This document shows, one piece after another, positions 8,667-17,487 of a DNA stretch of 64,000 nt (position 1 is its first letter; each line of letters begins with the position of its first letter). Where the stretch lies: the NCBI GenBank assembly GCA_963668025.2, contig CAXXTH010000008.1, positions 64,001 to 128,000 on the forward strand, given 5' to 3'. Under the pieces are notes generated by a model. It was not told where the DNA came from, did no database searches, and saw only the letters and a program-made list of their open reading frames with translations. This DNA comes from Candidatus Hydrogenedentota bacterium. Its GTDB lineage: Bacteria; Hydrogenedentota; Hydrogenedentia; Hydrogenedentales; SLHB01. Made by a program: the position numbers and the translations under genes.

Positions 8667-9248
8667 CTACTTCTTGGGGGAATCAGCACTCTCCGCTTCT
8701 TTCTTTACTTTCTCCTCCGCCTCTTTCTTTGCTTTCTCTTCCGTCACTTTCTTGTTGTCGCTCTCCATTTTCTTCATCATTTTGTCGTGCATTTCCTTAT
8801 GCATTCCCATCATGGAGGTCGGTTCACCGGCTACATCCGCCAATGTTTTCTGCTGCTCTGGCGTTAATACGGCGGCAGATTGCTGCCTGCTCTCTTTAAT
8901 AATCTGCTCCAATTTCTGAGCCTGCTCAGGGGTGAGCTTGAGCTCTTCTTTGAGCGCAAGAAGGCATGCCGCATCATTTTTGGACATTTCGGTATTCATC
9001 ATCATCTTGCAACACTGCTTCTTGGCCGGAGGCATGTCCATTTCTTTACACATGCCTTTTCCTTCACCTGCCATCATGGGGCACATTGGGCACGCTGGCA
9101 TTGGCGCTTTCGCCTGCGCTCCTTCTGCTTTTGTTTCTGCTGGCGCAGGGCTGGACGGTGTCGTTTCCGCACCCGCGAGCGAAGCGCCGAAGACCATACT
9201 AACCAAGGCGATACTGGCGATTAATGTAATTATGTACCCTGTTTTCAT
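8667..9248 (-). CDS. Secreted Spy/CpxP-like (LTxxQ motif) protein with Met/Cys-rich segment
   Basis: Signal peptide, two LTPEQ motifs bracketing a helix, MPACPMCPMM...MC...CCKMMM segment and MMGMHKEMHDKMM. Confidence 0.6.
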   Translation of the reverse strand: MKTGYIITLIASIALVSMVFGASLAGAETTPSSPAPAETKAEGAQAKAPMPACPMCPMMAGEGKGMCKEMDMPPAKKQCCKMMMNTEMSKNDAACLLALKEELKLTPEQAQKLEQIIKESRQQSAAVLTPEQQKTLADVAGEPTSMMGMHKEMHDKMMKKMESDNKKVTEEKAKKEAEEKVKKEAESADSPKK

Positions 9249-9315
9249 TGTTTTATTCTCCCGTTTCGTTTTCGCCACAATGATGGACGCTAATCGCCCA
9301 TCTCCTCACTTCACT

Positions 9316-9858
9316 TCATGACATCTTCTCATTCTGGAGTTCCTCTACCGAGTAGTGCCCGACATGCGTTGACCCAGTTGCCTGAAGGATCGTTTTCGCC
9401 CGAGCAACCTCTTGCTCGGAACCATGTGCAACCAGCAGAAATTCGTCCGCCTTTAGGGCGGTCTCATACTGCAAAATGCTGTCTTTTGGGATGCCTATGC
9501 TATAAAGGCCCGCACCGAGGACACTCATTCCTCCCATAACTACCGCCCCCTCAAGTACGGACACGATCACTTGAACAAGCGGCCCCGCAACCACAAGCGG
9601 CCCAAGCCCGGGGATCAGGAAGAACGCCGACCCAAATAACAGGCTCCATACGCCACCCCAGAACGCGCCAAGCTTTCCCCAATATTTCATCCTGTCGCCG
9701 ACATTGTAGTATCCGACGACATGTTCCTCGGTGTGGTAATCTTTACCGACAATCGAAAGCCTCTTCATCTCGAATCCCGCATGCTGCAATTCCTTAATGG
9801 CCGCTTCAGCATCTGTGTGTGTTTGGTACACAGCCACTATCGTGCTATTCTTAGACAT
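9316..9858 (-). CDS. General stress membrane protein (17M/DUF1269-like, glycine-zipper)
   Basis: LSIVGKDYHTEEHVVGYYN, WGKLGAFWGG, IPGLGPLVVAGP, SIGIPKDSILQYETALKA. Confidence 0.75.
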   Translation of the reverse strand: MSKNSTIVAVYQTHTDAEAAIKELQHAGFEMKRLSIVGKDYHTEEHVVGYYNVGDRMKYWGKLGAFWGGVWSLLFGSAFFLIPGLGPLVVAGPLVQVIVSVLEGAVVMGGMSVLGAGLYSIGIPKDSILQYETALKADEFLLVAHGSEQEVARAKTILQATGSTHVGHYSVEELQNEKMS

Positions 9859-9953
9859 TACGATAACCTTTCTTTCTGAAGCGCTATTTCACAGGGGCTA
9901 AACGTAGCGCACTAACGTTTTTTTTGCGGTGGCGACGCGCCAGCCACGTTTCT

Positions 9954-10007
9954 AGAGTAACGCGGAAACACAAAGGGTGGGCAAAGCTCCGGTAAAGCTT
10001 CAGTAAA
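9954..10007 (-). promoter_or_regulatory. 11-bp-period direct-repeat operator plus -10 (site C)
   Basis: GGCAAA(9980)-N5-GGTAAA(9991)-N5-AGTAAA(10002). The 17-mer GGTAAAGCTTCAGTAAA is identical to sites A and D. TACTCT lies 20 nt downstream on the - strand. Confidence 0.7.
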
Positions 10008-10070
10008 GAGTCTGTCTTTTCTTAAACGATGTTGGCTCCATCTTGCGAGAGTCAAGTAGTTTTACCGCAT

Positions 10071-10104
10071 AATAAATGAAGCGGGGCCGAAGCCCCGCCT
10101 TTTC
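10071..10104 (-). terminator. Intrinsic terminator after the vWA-OmpA gene
   Basis: On the - strand GCGGGGC-TTCG-GCCCCGC followed by TTCATTTATT, about 25 nt after the stop codon. Confidence 0.8.
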
Positions 10105-10123
10105 AGCCGGAATACCAAGAATT

Positions 10124-11191
10124 TCACTCAATTACGGAAAGCTCGACTCGGCGGTTTTTATACATATTGTCTGGACTGTCATTTGGAACAGCCGGCTTGT
10201 TCTCGCCATATGCGTTGGTTTCCAGCCGGGATGCATCTACACCACGCTGCACTAAAGCTGCTTTCACCGCATTGACACGCCGTTCAGACAGCTTCTGGTT
10301 ATATTGTGTCGACGCATTAGAGTCTGTGTGCCCTTGAAGATGGATGCGTATCTTAGGATTCTCCTTTGTCATCGCGACCGCCTCCCCAAGAAGGCCATCG
10401 TATGTGGACGCAATTACCGAGCTGTCATTGTCGAAAAGGATATTATTGAGCTTCCAGGCTACGGCTGGAGGCGCAGGTTTCGGCGCAGGCTGCGGCGCTT
10501 CTTTGGGTCCGAGGAAAATATCGCGGACCATAGCGTCTATCGCGGCAGCGGTATTAAGCGAAGCGCCGTCGTAGTATTTGCCGCAACCATTCACCGCGGC
10601 CATCTCCTGCAACAGTTTTGCACCACGCTCGGAAGATCCCACCTGCACAGTGAAAATGCATAATTCGCCATTATGCGCTGCTTTTATGTCTTGGCATGCT
10701 TGCAGAACCTCTTCCGGTATACGCACCTTGCCGTCCGAGAAGACCAACAAGGCGCTGCGTCCAGGTTTTCCCGAGAACTCCGCCTCCTGGCAACGAATGG
10801 CGCGCGCCAACGGCGTTAACGAGCCCAGTGGTTTCAGGCTAGATGCGCTTCTGGCCATCACCGTACGGCTGAACGGCTCCAAGGGCTGCTTGACACACAG
10901 GCTGCTTTTCACCCCTGCGAACGAATCCATTCCGGACTCGTATTTTCCGTCCGGCATGGCTGCTGTAAAGGCCTGCACCAGCGCCTTCTCCTCTTCGTAC
11001 ACGCTGGTCGAACCAATGGAGCCCGTAACATCCACAAGGATGATCAACTGATCCCGGATAATTTGTTCATTCTCCTTTGGAACGACAGGCGTCACGCTCA
11101 ACCTTTTTGCGTTGGTAAAAGTCTGGCAACCCACTATTAGTATAAGTGTAATACAGCATAGAATTCCTTTACTCCATATTGCAGTTTTCAT
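10124..11191 (-). CDS. Lipoprotein: vWA domain plus OmpA-like peptidoglycan-binding domain
   Basis: Lipobox IVGC, MIDAS-like DVTGS...TPL...FSDG, Pro-rich linker, and C-terminal GHTDS...NQKLSERR...NRRVEL. Confidence 0.88.
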   Translation of the reverse strand: MKTAIWSKGILCCITLILIVGCQTFTNAKRLSVTPVVPKENEQIIRDQLIILVDVTGSIGSTSVYEEEKALVQAFTAAMPDGKYESGMDSFAGVKSSLCVKQPLEPFSRTVMARSASSLKPLGSLTPLARAIRCQEAEFSGKPGRSALLVFSDGKVRIPEEVLQACQDIKAAHNGELCIFTVQVGSSERGAKLLQEMAAVNGCGKYYDGASLNTAAAIDAMVRDIFLGPKEAPQPAPKPAPPAVAWKLNNILFDNDSSVIASTYDGLLGEAVAMTKENPKIRIHLQGHTDSNASTQYNQKLSERRVNAVKAALVQRGVDASRLETNAYGENKPAVPNDSPDNMYKNRRVELSVIE

Positions 11192-11417
11192 GGGACGTTC
11201 TCTCCTTTCGTACTTAATGTTCTGGCCCCACCCCGGCCGTGGACCATCCGCGAAGCCACATACCCTCTTATTCCGCTTCAGCACAAGATAGACAACGGCC
11301 TAGCTCGTGCTCCTCCTCGAAAATTCGGCCGCCTTTTAACCTGAGACAATATGCTGGCCGGCTTCCGCCCGTCATGCGCACACATTTATTTGGAGGCGGC
11401 ATGCCGTCCACCTTCTC

Positions 11418-11471
11418 AACATAACAAGGGAACATGAAGTGGTGGTAAAACATAGGTAAAGCTTCAGTAAA
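11418..11471 (-). promoter_or_regulatory. 11-bp-period direct-repeat operator plus extended -10 (site D)
   Basis: GGTAAA(11444)-N5-GGTAAA(11455)-N5-AGTAAA(11466). TGt-TATGTT lies 20 nt downstream on the - strand, toward the vWA-OmpA gene. Confidence 0.7.
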
Positions 11472-11538
11472 GAATCCAGCAGAAGCTGACAGAAGGTTCT
11501 CTCCGCAAAGTAAACTCATTAGCAAACAATTTGAGAAG

Positions 11539-11593
11539 TTTACCAAATCTTTACGATTTCTTTGCCGTGGCTTTCCTTGGATATGGCTATATT
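11539..11593 (+). promoter_or_regulatory. 11-bp-period direct-repeat operator plus -10 (site E)
   Basis: TTTACC(11539), TTTACG(11550), TTTGCC(11561), TTTCCT(11572). TATATT at 11588 is 21 nt after the third copy, upstream of the SPFH gene and divergent from site D. Confidence 0.6.
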
Positions 11594-11674
11594 GTGGAGT
11601 AAAGGTTTCTTGCCTTCGGGTGCGTGTGGTCTCACCCATCGAGGGCCAACAATTCACCACGTGAGGAAATGCAG

Positions 11675-12601
11675 ATGCATAAGCAAAGCCCGTTCGCAAT
11701 ATTACTGGCTGGCGCAGTCCTTCTTCCTTTTGTAGTGATTGCCGCCACAAGTAGATTCTTTGGACATCCATATTTTGGCATGGCCGTGGTTGTGGTTGGA
11801 TTAGGCATCGCGATTCTGACCCTTTCCGCTGTTAAAGTCGCGAATCAGTGGGAGCGGGTCGTCGTTTTGCGGCTCGGGAAATATTTGTCTCTCCGTGGCC
11901 CCGGCTTATTCATCATCGTTCCCGTCATTGATTCGGTTCCCTTCTGGATTGACACCCGCGTCATTACCGCCTCTTTCAAAGCAGAGAAGACATTGACTAA
12001 GGATACGGTTCCTGTAGACGTTGATGCTGTCCTGTTCTGGAAGGTGGTCGATCCAGAGAAAGCCGCTCTGGAAGTGGCCCAATACCAGACGGCTATCGGC
12101 TGGGCGGCCCAAACGGCGTTGCGCGATGTTATCGGCAAGACTATGTTGGCGGACATGCTCACCGGTCGGGAGATGATTGATACTGATCTTCAGAAAATCA
12201 TCGATAAACGAACTGAACCGTGGGGTATCCATGTCCAATCGGTTGAGATTCGTGACGTGCTCATTCCCGCGGCGCTGGAAGATGCCATGTCGATGCAAGC
12301 TCAGGCCGAACGTGAGCGGCAAGCCCGAGTCATCCTAGGAGATTCCGAACGCCAAGTCGCTGAGAAGTTTGAAGAGGCTTCCCGGACCTATGTCAACAAT
12401 CCCACCGCATTACATCTCCGGGCGATGAATATGCTATACGAAGGGCTTAAACAAAATTCTACGTTAGTTATAGTACCAAGCAGCGTCGTGGACACAATGC
12501 AACTAGGAAATCTGGCTGGCATGACCGCTTTGGCTATGGAGCTGAGCCGGAAAAACGAACAGAAACCATGTTCGCAGGAAGAGAACCAAGACGCCACATG
12601 A
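11675..12601 (+). CDS. SPFH/stomatin-like (slipin) membrane protein
   Basis: QWERVVVLRLG, GPGLFIIVPVID, TKDTVPVDVDAV, AQTALRDVIG, PWGIHVQSVEIRDV, QAQAERERQAR. Confidence 0.92.
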   Translation: MHKQSPFAILLAGAVLLPFVVIAATSRFFGHPYFGMAVVVVGLGIAILTLSAVKVANQWERVVVLRLGKYLSLRGPGLFIIVPVIDSVPFWIDTRVITASFKAEKTLTKDTVPVDVDAVLFWKVVDPEKAALEVAQYQTAIGWAAQTALRDVIGKTMLADMLTGREMIDTDLQKIIDKRTEPWGIHVQSVEIRDVLIPAALEDAMSMQAQAERERQARVILGDSERQVAEKFEEASRTYVNNPTALHLRAMNMLYEGLKQNSTLVIVPSSVVDTMQLGNLAGMTALAMELSRKNEQKPCSQEENQDAT

Positions 12602-12639
12602 GTACCCTAAATGCAGTAACTTGTAGAAGGTTAAATAAA

Positions 12640-12849
12640 ATGCATTACTACATTATTATAGACCGAAAAACTTCTGAGCAAGCCGGACCCGATGCGACTT
12701 TCCAGGTGGTCTCCATCGAAGACGATGAAGGCAACAACTATACGGAGTCCATAGGAATTGATCAGCGCGTACACTATCATTCCTTAGAAGAACTCGCGGA
12801 AGAAATTGAGCGGTTAACTGGTGAGCCCGCGGAACTTGATGAATTGTAG
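12640..12849 (+). CDS. Small acidic hypothetical protein
   Basis: 69-aa ORF (MHYYIIIDRK...ELDEL) with protein-like composition filling the intergenic space. No family recognised. Confidence 0.45.
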   Translation: MHYYIIIDRKTSEQAGPDATFQVVSIEDDEGNNYTESIGIDQRVHYHSLEELAEEIERLTGEPAELDEL

Positions 12850-12912
12850 CGTTCCTGCACTCTCCTATATGGCGCACGACCCCAAATTGGCAGGCGCACA
12901 TGGAAAATGCCG

Positions 12913-12966
12913 ATTACCAAAGCTTTGCCTAACCTTTGCCTAAACTTCATCTCGGACAGGTACGCT
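12913..12966 (+). promoter_or_regulatory. 11-bp-period direct-repeat operator plus -10 (site F)
   Basis: ATTACC(12913), TTTGCC(12924), TTTGCC(12935). TACGCT at 12961 is 20 nt downstream, upstream of the receiver gene. Confidence 0.62.
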
Positions 12967-13028
12967 TAGGGCGTAAAAAAGTAAAAGTGTATTGCGAGCG
13001 CCACTTTTTGACAGATGGAGGAACGTTC

Positions 13029-13481
13029 ATGTTGAACGATGAGCCAGTAGATATTTTGGTAGTGGAAGATAACGACAGCGAACGGGCCTCCATTGTCGAG
13101 TCATTGCAATCGGCTATTAAAGATGTGCAAGTAGTCGCAGTTCACAATGGTACAGAGGCGCTGGACTTTCTTTTTGCTCGGGGCGGCTGGACGAATCGCG
13201 CTGGGGCGGATGCCCCCAAGCTGATTCTGCTGGACTTGGCGCTACCGGGGTCAGATGGTTTTTCCGTACTTGGACAAATACGTTCGCTCGACGAGGATGA
13301 CACGCTGACGCTTACCCCCGTCGTCATCTTTACTGATTCCCAAGCCCCTAGCGACATCACAAAAAGTTATCGCTGCGGGGCAAACAGTTACATCATAAAG
13401 CCGATGAGTTTTCCCGATTTCCAGGCCATTGTTAAAACGGTCGGCCAATACTGGATGGCCCATAACAGAACATGCCTTTAA
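13029..13481 (+). CDS. Single-domain response regulator (Rcp1-like receiver)
   Basis: ILVVEDN, ILLDLALPG (phospho-Asp), PVVIFT, GANSYIIKP, GQYW. GGAGG RBS. Confidence 0.9.
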   Translation: MLNDEPVDILVVEDNDSERASIVESLQSAIKDVQVVAVHNGTEALDFLFARGGWTNRAGADAPKLILLDLALPGSDGFSVLGQIRSLDEDDTLTLTPVVIFTDSQAPSDITKSYRCGANSYIIKPMSFPDFQAIVKTVGQYWMAHNRTCL

Positions 13482-13694
13482 ATTGGAGAAAAAGAAAGCA
13501 TGCATCATGGAAAAACAAGGCCATACACTGGAATGGATGTATTGTTATTTGTGTATTCCGATCACGGACCTGAAAAGAACGGCAAAGAAGAAATAGCATA
13601 ACCATGGCGTTGCACGAGGTGTGCATGCCGATTCCTTGGAAACTTATCAGGAGAGTATTTTTCGGAACCTCCAACGAGAAAAGGAGAACTTAAC

Positions 13695-13862
13695 ATGCTG
13701 TACTATGCGCTGGTGTTTTTTCTTGTCGCGGTAGTGGCCGCCGTCTTCGGATTTGGCGGTATCACTTCCGCCGCGCTCGGGATTGCCAAAATCCTGTTCT
13801 TCATTTTCCTTATAATGTTTGTCATATCTCTTGTCATGGGCTTGAATAGACGCCGGATATAA
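13695..13862 (+). CDS. DUF1328/UPF0391-family small membrane protein
   Basis: [55 protein letters not shown], with AAGGAG RBS. At 55 aa it is below the ORF-track cutoff. Confidence 0.9.
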   Translation: MLYYALVFFLVAVVAAVFGFGGITSAALGIAKILFFIFLIMFVISLVMGLNRRRI

Positions 13863-14000
13863 CCTGTATTCCTAGCATTAATGGCCTTATGAAATGTCAA
13901 CACTTTGTTGAAATGGGCAAGATTGTGAAACGTGCTCGATGAGCTAACGCCTGGTGGATACTTCCCCAGGCGAGAGTTCCAACATGAAAGGAACAGGAAA

Positions 14001-14153
14001 ATGAAAGCATATATGCGAGTAGCCGCAGCTTTGCTGGTGGGCGCACTGATCGGGATTGGCGTGCTCGGATGTAACACCATTCGAGGTGCGGGAAGAGACG
14101 TCGAAAAGGGCGGACAGGGCATCCAAGATGCCGCCGATGGCGCCCAGAAGTAA
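14001..14153 (+). CDS. Entericidin EcnA/EcnB-family lipoprotein
   Basis: Lipobox VLGC followed by NTIRGAGRDVEKGGQGIQDAA, the entericidin consensus. Confidence 0.88.
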   Translation: MKAYMRVAAALLVGALIGIGVLGCNTIRGAGRDVEKGGQGIQDAADGAQK

Positions 14154-14220
14154 TAGCCGGGATGCTATCTTTTTCCGATTATTATAGCGAAAAGGCCTAG
14201 AATTTCAAGGAGAATGAGTT

Positions 14221-15834
14221 ATGAAAACGTACAGGCATATGCGGCCGGTTTTTGTATCCATGGTTGGGATATGTGTTGCGCCACTCCTGCTTTTGGGAGT
14301 GGCGCCAGCCGCCCAAGAGCAAGCTACTGCGGAGGCAGGCGTGCAGGTGTTGACACGCGGCCCCATTCACGAAGCTTTCGCGGAGACGTTTATGACGGGG
14401 GCCACGGCTGGAGTCGTGATCACCACAAGCCCGCCTGACCCAATTGTGGAATTGCCTCCCGATCAGCGCCCTGAAGGGGACAATGTAGCCTGGATTCCGG
14501 GATATTGGAGCTGGGATGATGACCGAAGCGATTTCATATGGGTGAGTGGCGTTTGGCGGGATCTCCCACCTGGCCGCCAATGGGTTCCCGGATACTGGGC
14601 TTCCGCCCGAAAAGGCTCGCAATGGATTTCAGGCTTCTGGGGAGACGTCGCCCAAACCGAAATAACCTACTTGCCAGCGCCACCGAAACTCCTCGAAGCT
14701 GGTCCTAGTTCTCCTACGCCAGCACCAGATAACATATGGACGCCAGGTTGCTGGGTATGGCAGGAAACCCGCTACGACTGGCAACCCGGATATTGGGTGG
14801 CGCAGCAGCCTGACTGGGTCTGGTCCCCCGCACATTACATATGGACGCCGAGAGGTTATGTTTATGTGCCGGGATACTGGGACCATGACATCGTCCATCG
14901 CGGCATGATGTTCGCGCCGGTCTACTACGAGCAGCCTGTCTACACCCGTCCCAGTTATTCGTATTCACCAAGCACGGTCATTGACATCACCGTCATTCTT
15001 ACGAACCTCTTTGTCCAGCCAAGATCGAACCACTATTACTATGGAGATTATTATGACCAGCGTTATGAAGAAAGGGGCTACCATCCATGGTACTCGAAGC
15101 GCACCAATCAGCATGGCGATGACCCCATATACTCGCACTATCGTTCACAGCAGTTGCGGCAGGACCCCGATTGGGACGTACACGTCAAAGAACAGTACCA
15201 ATATCGCCGCGAGCATGTAGATGCGCGTCCACCCCAAACGCTGGCTCTCCAAGTTAACCGCATCAATGACCAGAGAGTAAGCGCCCCAGAGAACGTGATC
15301 ATCGGCAGAAGTCTAGCCGAAGCATCGCAAAGCAAGGCGGCTCCCGTGCGCTTCACACCTGTAAATATGGATGAACGCAAGCTGAGCGAATCACGGGGGC
15401 GGGAAGTCCATAAACTCCAATCGGAACGTGCGAAAATAGAGACGCTGCCAAAAGCTGCTAAAAAAGTCCGTAAGGCCGCGCCAGCCAGAGTGCAGTTGCC
15501 CGCGTCTCCTGTCGCGGCGAGATCGTTGGATAATGTAGCCGGTGCGAAATTGCCGCCGTCTATGCCTGACGTGCCGAAACCGCAAGCGGTAAAAGATAGA
15601 GGCAGGAAAGAGAAGCCACAGAAGAGCGAAGGTAGACCCGAAGCAAAGCCGACTAACTCCCCAAAAGCTCAAAGCGGGCCGGGGAAAGTGGAATCTAGCC
15701 ATGAACAACTAAAGCAGGCTGCGCCAAATCCAGAAACCAAAACTCAACCGAATACAGTTAAAAATGGAAAGGGCGATAAGGACAAAGCGCCTGGTTCAGC
15801 AGACAAGAAAAACAAAAAAAGCAACGAGCGATGA
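14221..15834 (+). CDS. Secreted YXWGXW/WxPGYW-repeat protein with low-complexity basic tail
   Basis: Signal peptide, TRGPIHEAFAE, repeated WIPGYW/WVSGVW/WVPGYW/WISGFW/WQPGYW/YVPGYW, and a Pro/Lys-rich C-terminus. Confidence 0.8.
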   Translation: MKTYRHMRPVFVSMVGICVAPLLLLGVAPAAQEQATAEAGVQVLTRGPIHEAFAETFMTGATAGVVITTSPPDPIVELPPDQRPEGDNVAWIPGYWSWDDDRSDFIWVSGVWRDLPPGRQWVPGYWASARKGSQWISGFWGDVAQTEITYLPAPPKLLEAGPSSPTPAPDNIWTPGCWVWQETRYDWQPGYWVAQQPDWVWSPAHYIWTPRGYVYVPGYWDHDIVHRGMMFAPVYYEQPVYTRPSYSYSPSTVIDITVILTNLFVQPRSNHYYYGDYYDQRYEERGYHPWYSKRTNQHGDDPIYSHYRSQQLRQDPDWDVHVKEQYQYRREHVDARPPQTLALQVNRINDQRVSAPENVIIGRSLAEASQSKAAPVRFTPVNMDERKLSESRGREVHKLQSERAKIETLPKAAKKVRKAAPARVQLPASPVAARSLDNVAGAKLPPSMPDVPKPQAVKDRGRKEKPQKSEGRPEAKPTNSPKAQSGPGKVESSHEQLKQAAPNPETKTQPNTVKNGKGDKDKAPGSADKKNKKSNER

Positions 15835-15914
15835 TGTGATGCGACATTGATGCTCGCTTCTCAATCGATGAATGCGTTGGTCTTCGCCCTACCGTATATT
15901 GGGATGGAGTAGAA

Positions 15915-16139
15915 ATGAAAATTTATACGATAGTAGCAATCGTTTTGATCGTGGCCGGCATTCTAGGTCTTGTGTATGGCCAGTTCAGCTACAACAAAGA
16001 AACGGAAGGCGCCAAGTTAGGCCCAATCGAACTGACGATAAATGAGAAGAAGACGGTCAACATTCCCGTCTGGGCTGGCGTTGGCTCCATAAGCGTGGGA
16101 GCCGCGATGCTCGTTTTTGCACTCATAAAACACGAGTAA
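15915..16139 (+). CDS. Small two-TM membrane protein
   Basis: TM-loop-TM with AKLGPIEL...VNIPVWAG. GGAG RBS. Confidence 0.75.
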   Translation: MKIYTIVAIVLIVAGILGLVYGQFSYNKETEGAKLGPIELTINEKKTVNIPVWAGVGSISVGAAMLVFALIKHE

Positions 16140-16242
16140 ATCGAGCGTGGCTTTTAGGGTGTGCAGGCAAAACACGCGAAAACCGCGGCGGCTTCTCAAA
16201 AAAATATATAAGGACTCAACCATCGCAACAGGAGAAACGCAT

Positions 16243-17199
16243 ATGAAAAAGAGAAGTTGTTTCCACGCCAGCGGCGCTGTATGCACCCTTATGCTCGTAT
16301 GCCTGTCGGCCATGCTGAGCTATGGAGCCGTTACCGCCGATCCCGCAAAAGTTACTTTTACCTCAGCGCAGCAGGCATTCACCATAAATCTGGCCAAAGA
16401 TGGAACGCCCATTCTTGCAACGGACATACGCGGCTGGCAATTTCTTGCGAGCGGCCACGACTACAAGCACATGCTAAGCGTGGAAAACATGGATGGGGCG
16501 ATCAAGATTGCGCCAAGCAAGTCTATTGAAGTGGGCAGTTACGATCTGAATATCGATACCGCGCAAGGTTCCGTGATTGTGCAGGTCTTTGCTCCGCTTA
16601 GCGATCAGCCCAATATCGTCGAGAAGATGTCGGCCCTTACTGGGATGTCCGAGAAAAAAATCGAGGAGAAACTGGGATTATCGGCCAGCATCGGGCGCAA
16701 GGAAATCCAGATCGATTTGCCACCTGTGTATTATGAAGGCCAGACGCTCGTACTCCCCATAGCAAGCAAGCCTGCTCCCGGAAACACCTGTATGTGGTTC
16801 ATGAATGGAGATCTTGTGGCGGAGGGGCCGGAACAGGACACGCTTACGTACACCTTCGAGAAACAGGGCGAGTACGTCCTTACCTACATCGAAGCACGGA
16901 AAGAAAATGGAACGATGGCTGTCGTGCTGAGATCCAGGGCGTACACAAGGGTCGTTGCTGTACCTGGGGTGCCGGTCGAAGTCGCCGTCGATACTGAAAT
17001 GGAGTTTGCGCCACCCTTCGGATACCAGAAACATGCCTGGAGTATAGATGGCCAGGAGGTCTCCACGGAACCATCCTTGAAACGTGCGTTCCAAGCCCCG
17101 GGCTCCCATACCGTCGAGTGCCTGGCATCTGCTCCTAACGAAGGACCAGCGCAAGGCTTCTTGCGTGTCAGGTACAACACGACCGTGATAAAAGATTAA
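16243..17199 (+). CDS. Secreted protein with PKD/Ig-like beta-sandwich repeats
   Basis: Signal peptide and two W-x-x-[ND]G...T[FY]xxxGxYxV-like repeats. AGGAG RBS before ATG 16243. Confidence 0.65.
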   Translation: MKKRSCFHASGAVCTLMLVCLSAMLSYGAVTADPAKVTFTSAQQAFTINLAKDGTPILATDIRGWQFLASGHDYKHMLSVENMDGAIKIAPSKSIEVGSYDLNIDTAQGSVIVQVFAPLSDQPNIVEKMSALTGMSEKKIEEKLGLSASIGRKEIQIDLPPVYYEGQTLVLPIASKPAPGNTCMWFMNGDLVAEGPEQDTLTYTFEKQGEYVLTYIEARKENGTMAVVLRSRAYTRVVAVPGVPVEVAVDTEMEFAPPFGYQKHAWSIDGQEVSTEPSLKRAFQAPGSHTVECLASAPNEGPAQGFLRVRYNTTVIKD

Positions 17200-17313
17200 C
17201 GCGAAATGCATTGAGAAATCTGTGCAATATTAGAGGTGTAGTTTTTCTATTACCGAACTGGGAAGAATGCATCATGCGTACGTGCTGAGAAAATAACGCA
17301 AAACCGCCTGCCA

Positions 17314-17487
17314 GTCATCCCCGCGAAAGCGGGGATCCAGGGCATTTGCACTGGATTCCCGCTTTCGCGGGAATGACAACGAGGTAGTTCACGGTTTTCT
17401 ATACAACAGATGCTATTAGGCGGTGGGACAAATCCACCATGCATGTTGGTTCATCCGCGCGCCCAAGAATGGCTCTAAATAGGTTGC
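17314..17487. repeat. REP-like palindromic doublet (64 bp) plus about 110-bp tail, copy 1
   Basis: GTCATCCCCGCGAAAGCGGGGATCCAG-N10-CTGGATTCCCGCTTTCGCGGGAATGAC (17314-17377). Similarity to 50606-50780 continues through the tail. Confidence 0.85.

Noticed and set aside
2555-11471. GGTAAAGCTTCAGTAAA copies as CRISPR repeats or IS ends
   Set aside because: The copies are 17 bp, kilobases apart, not palindromic overall, have no spacers or cas genes, and always occupy promoter positions.
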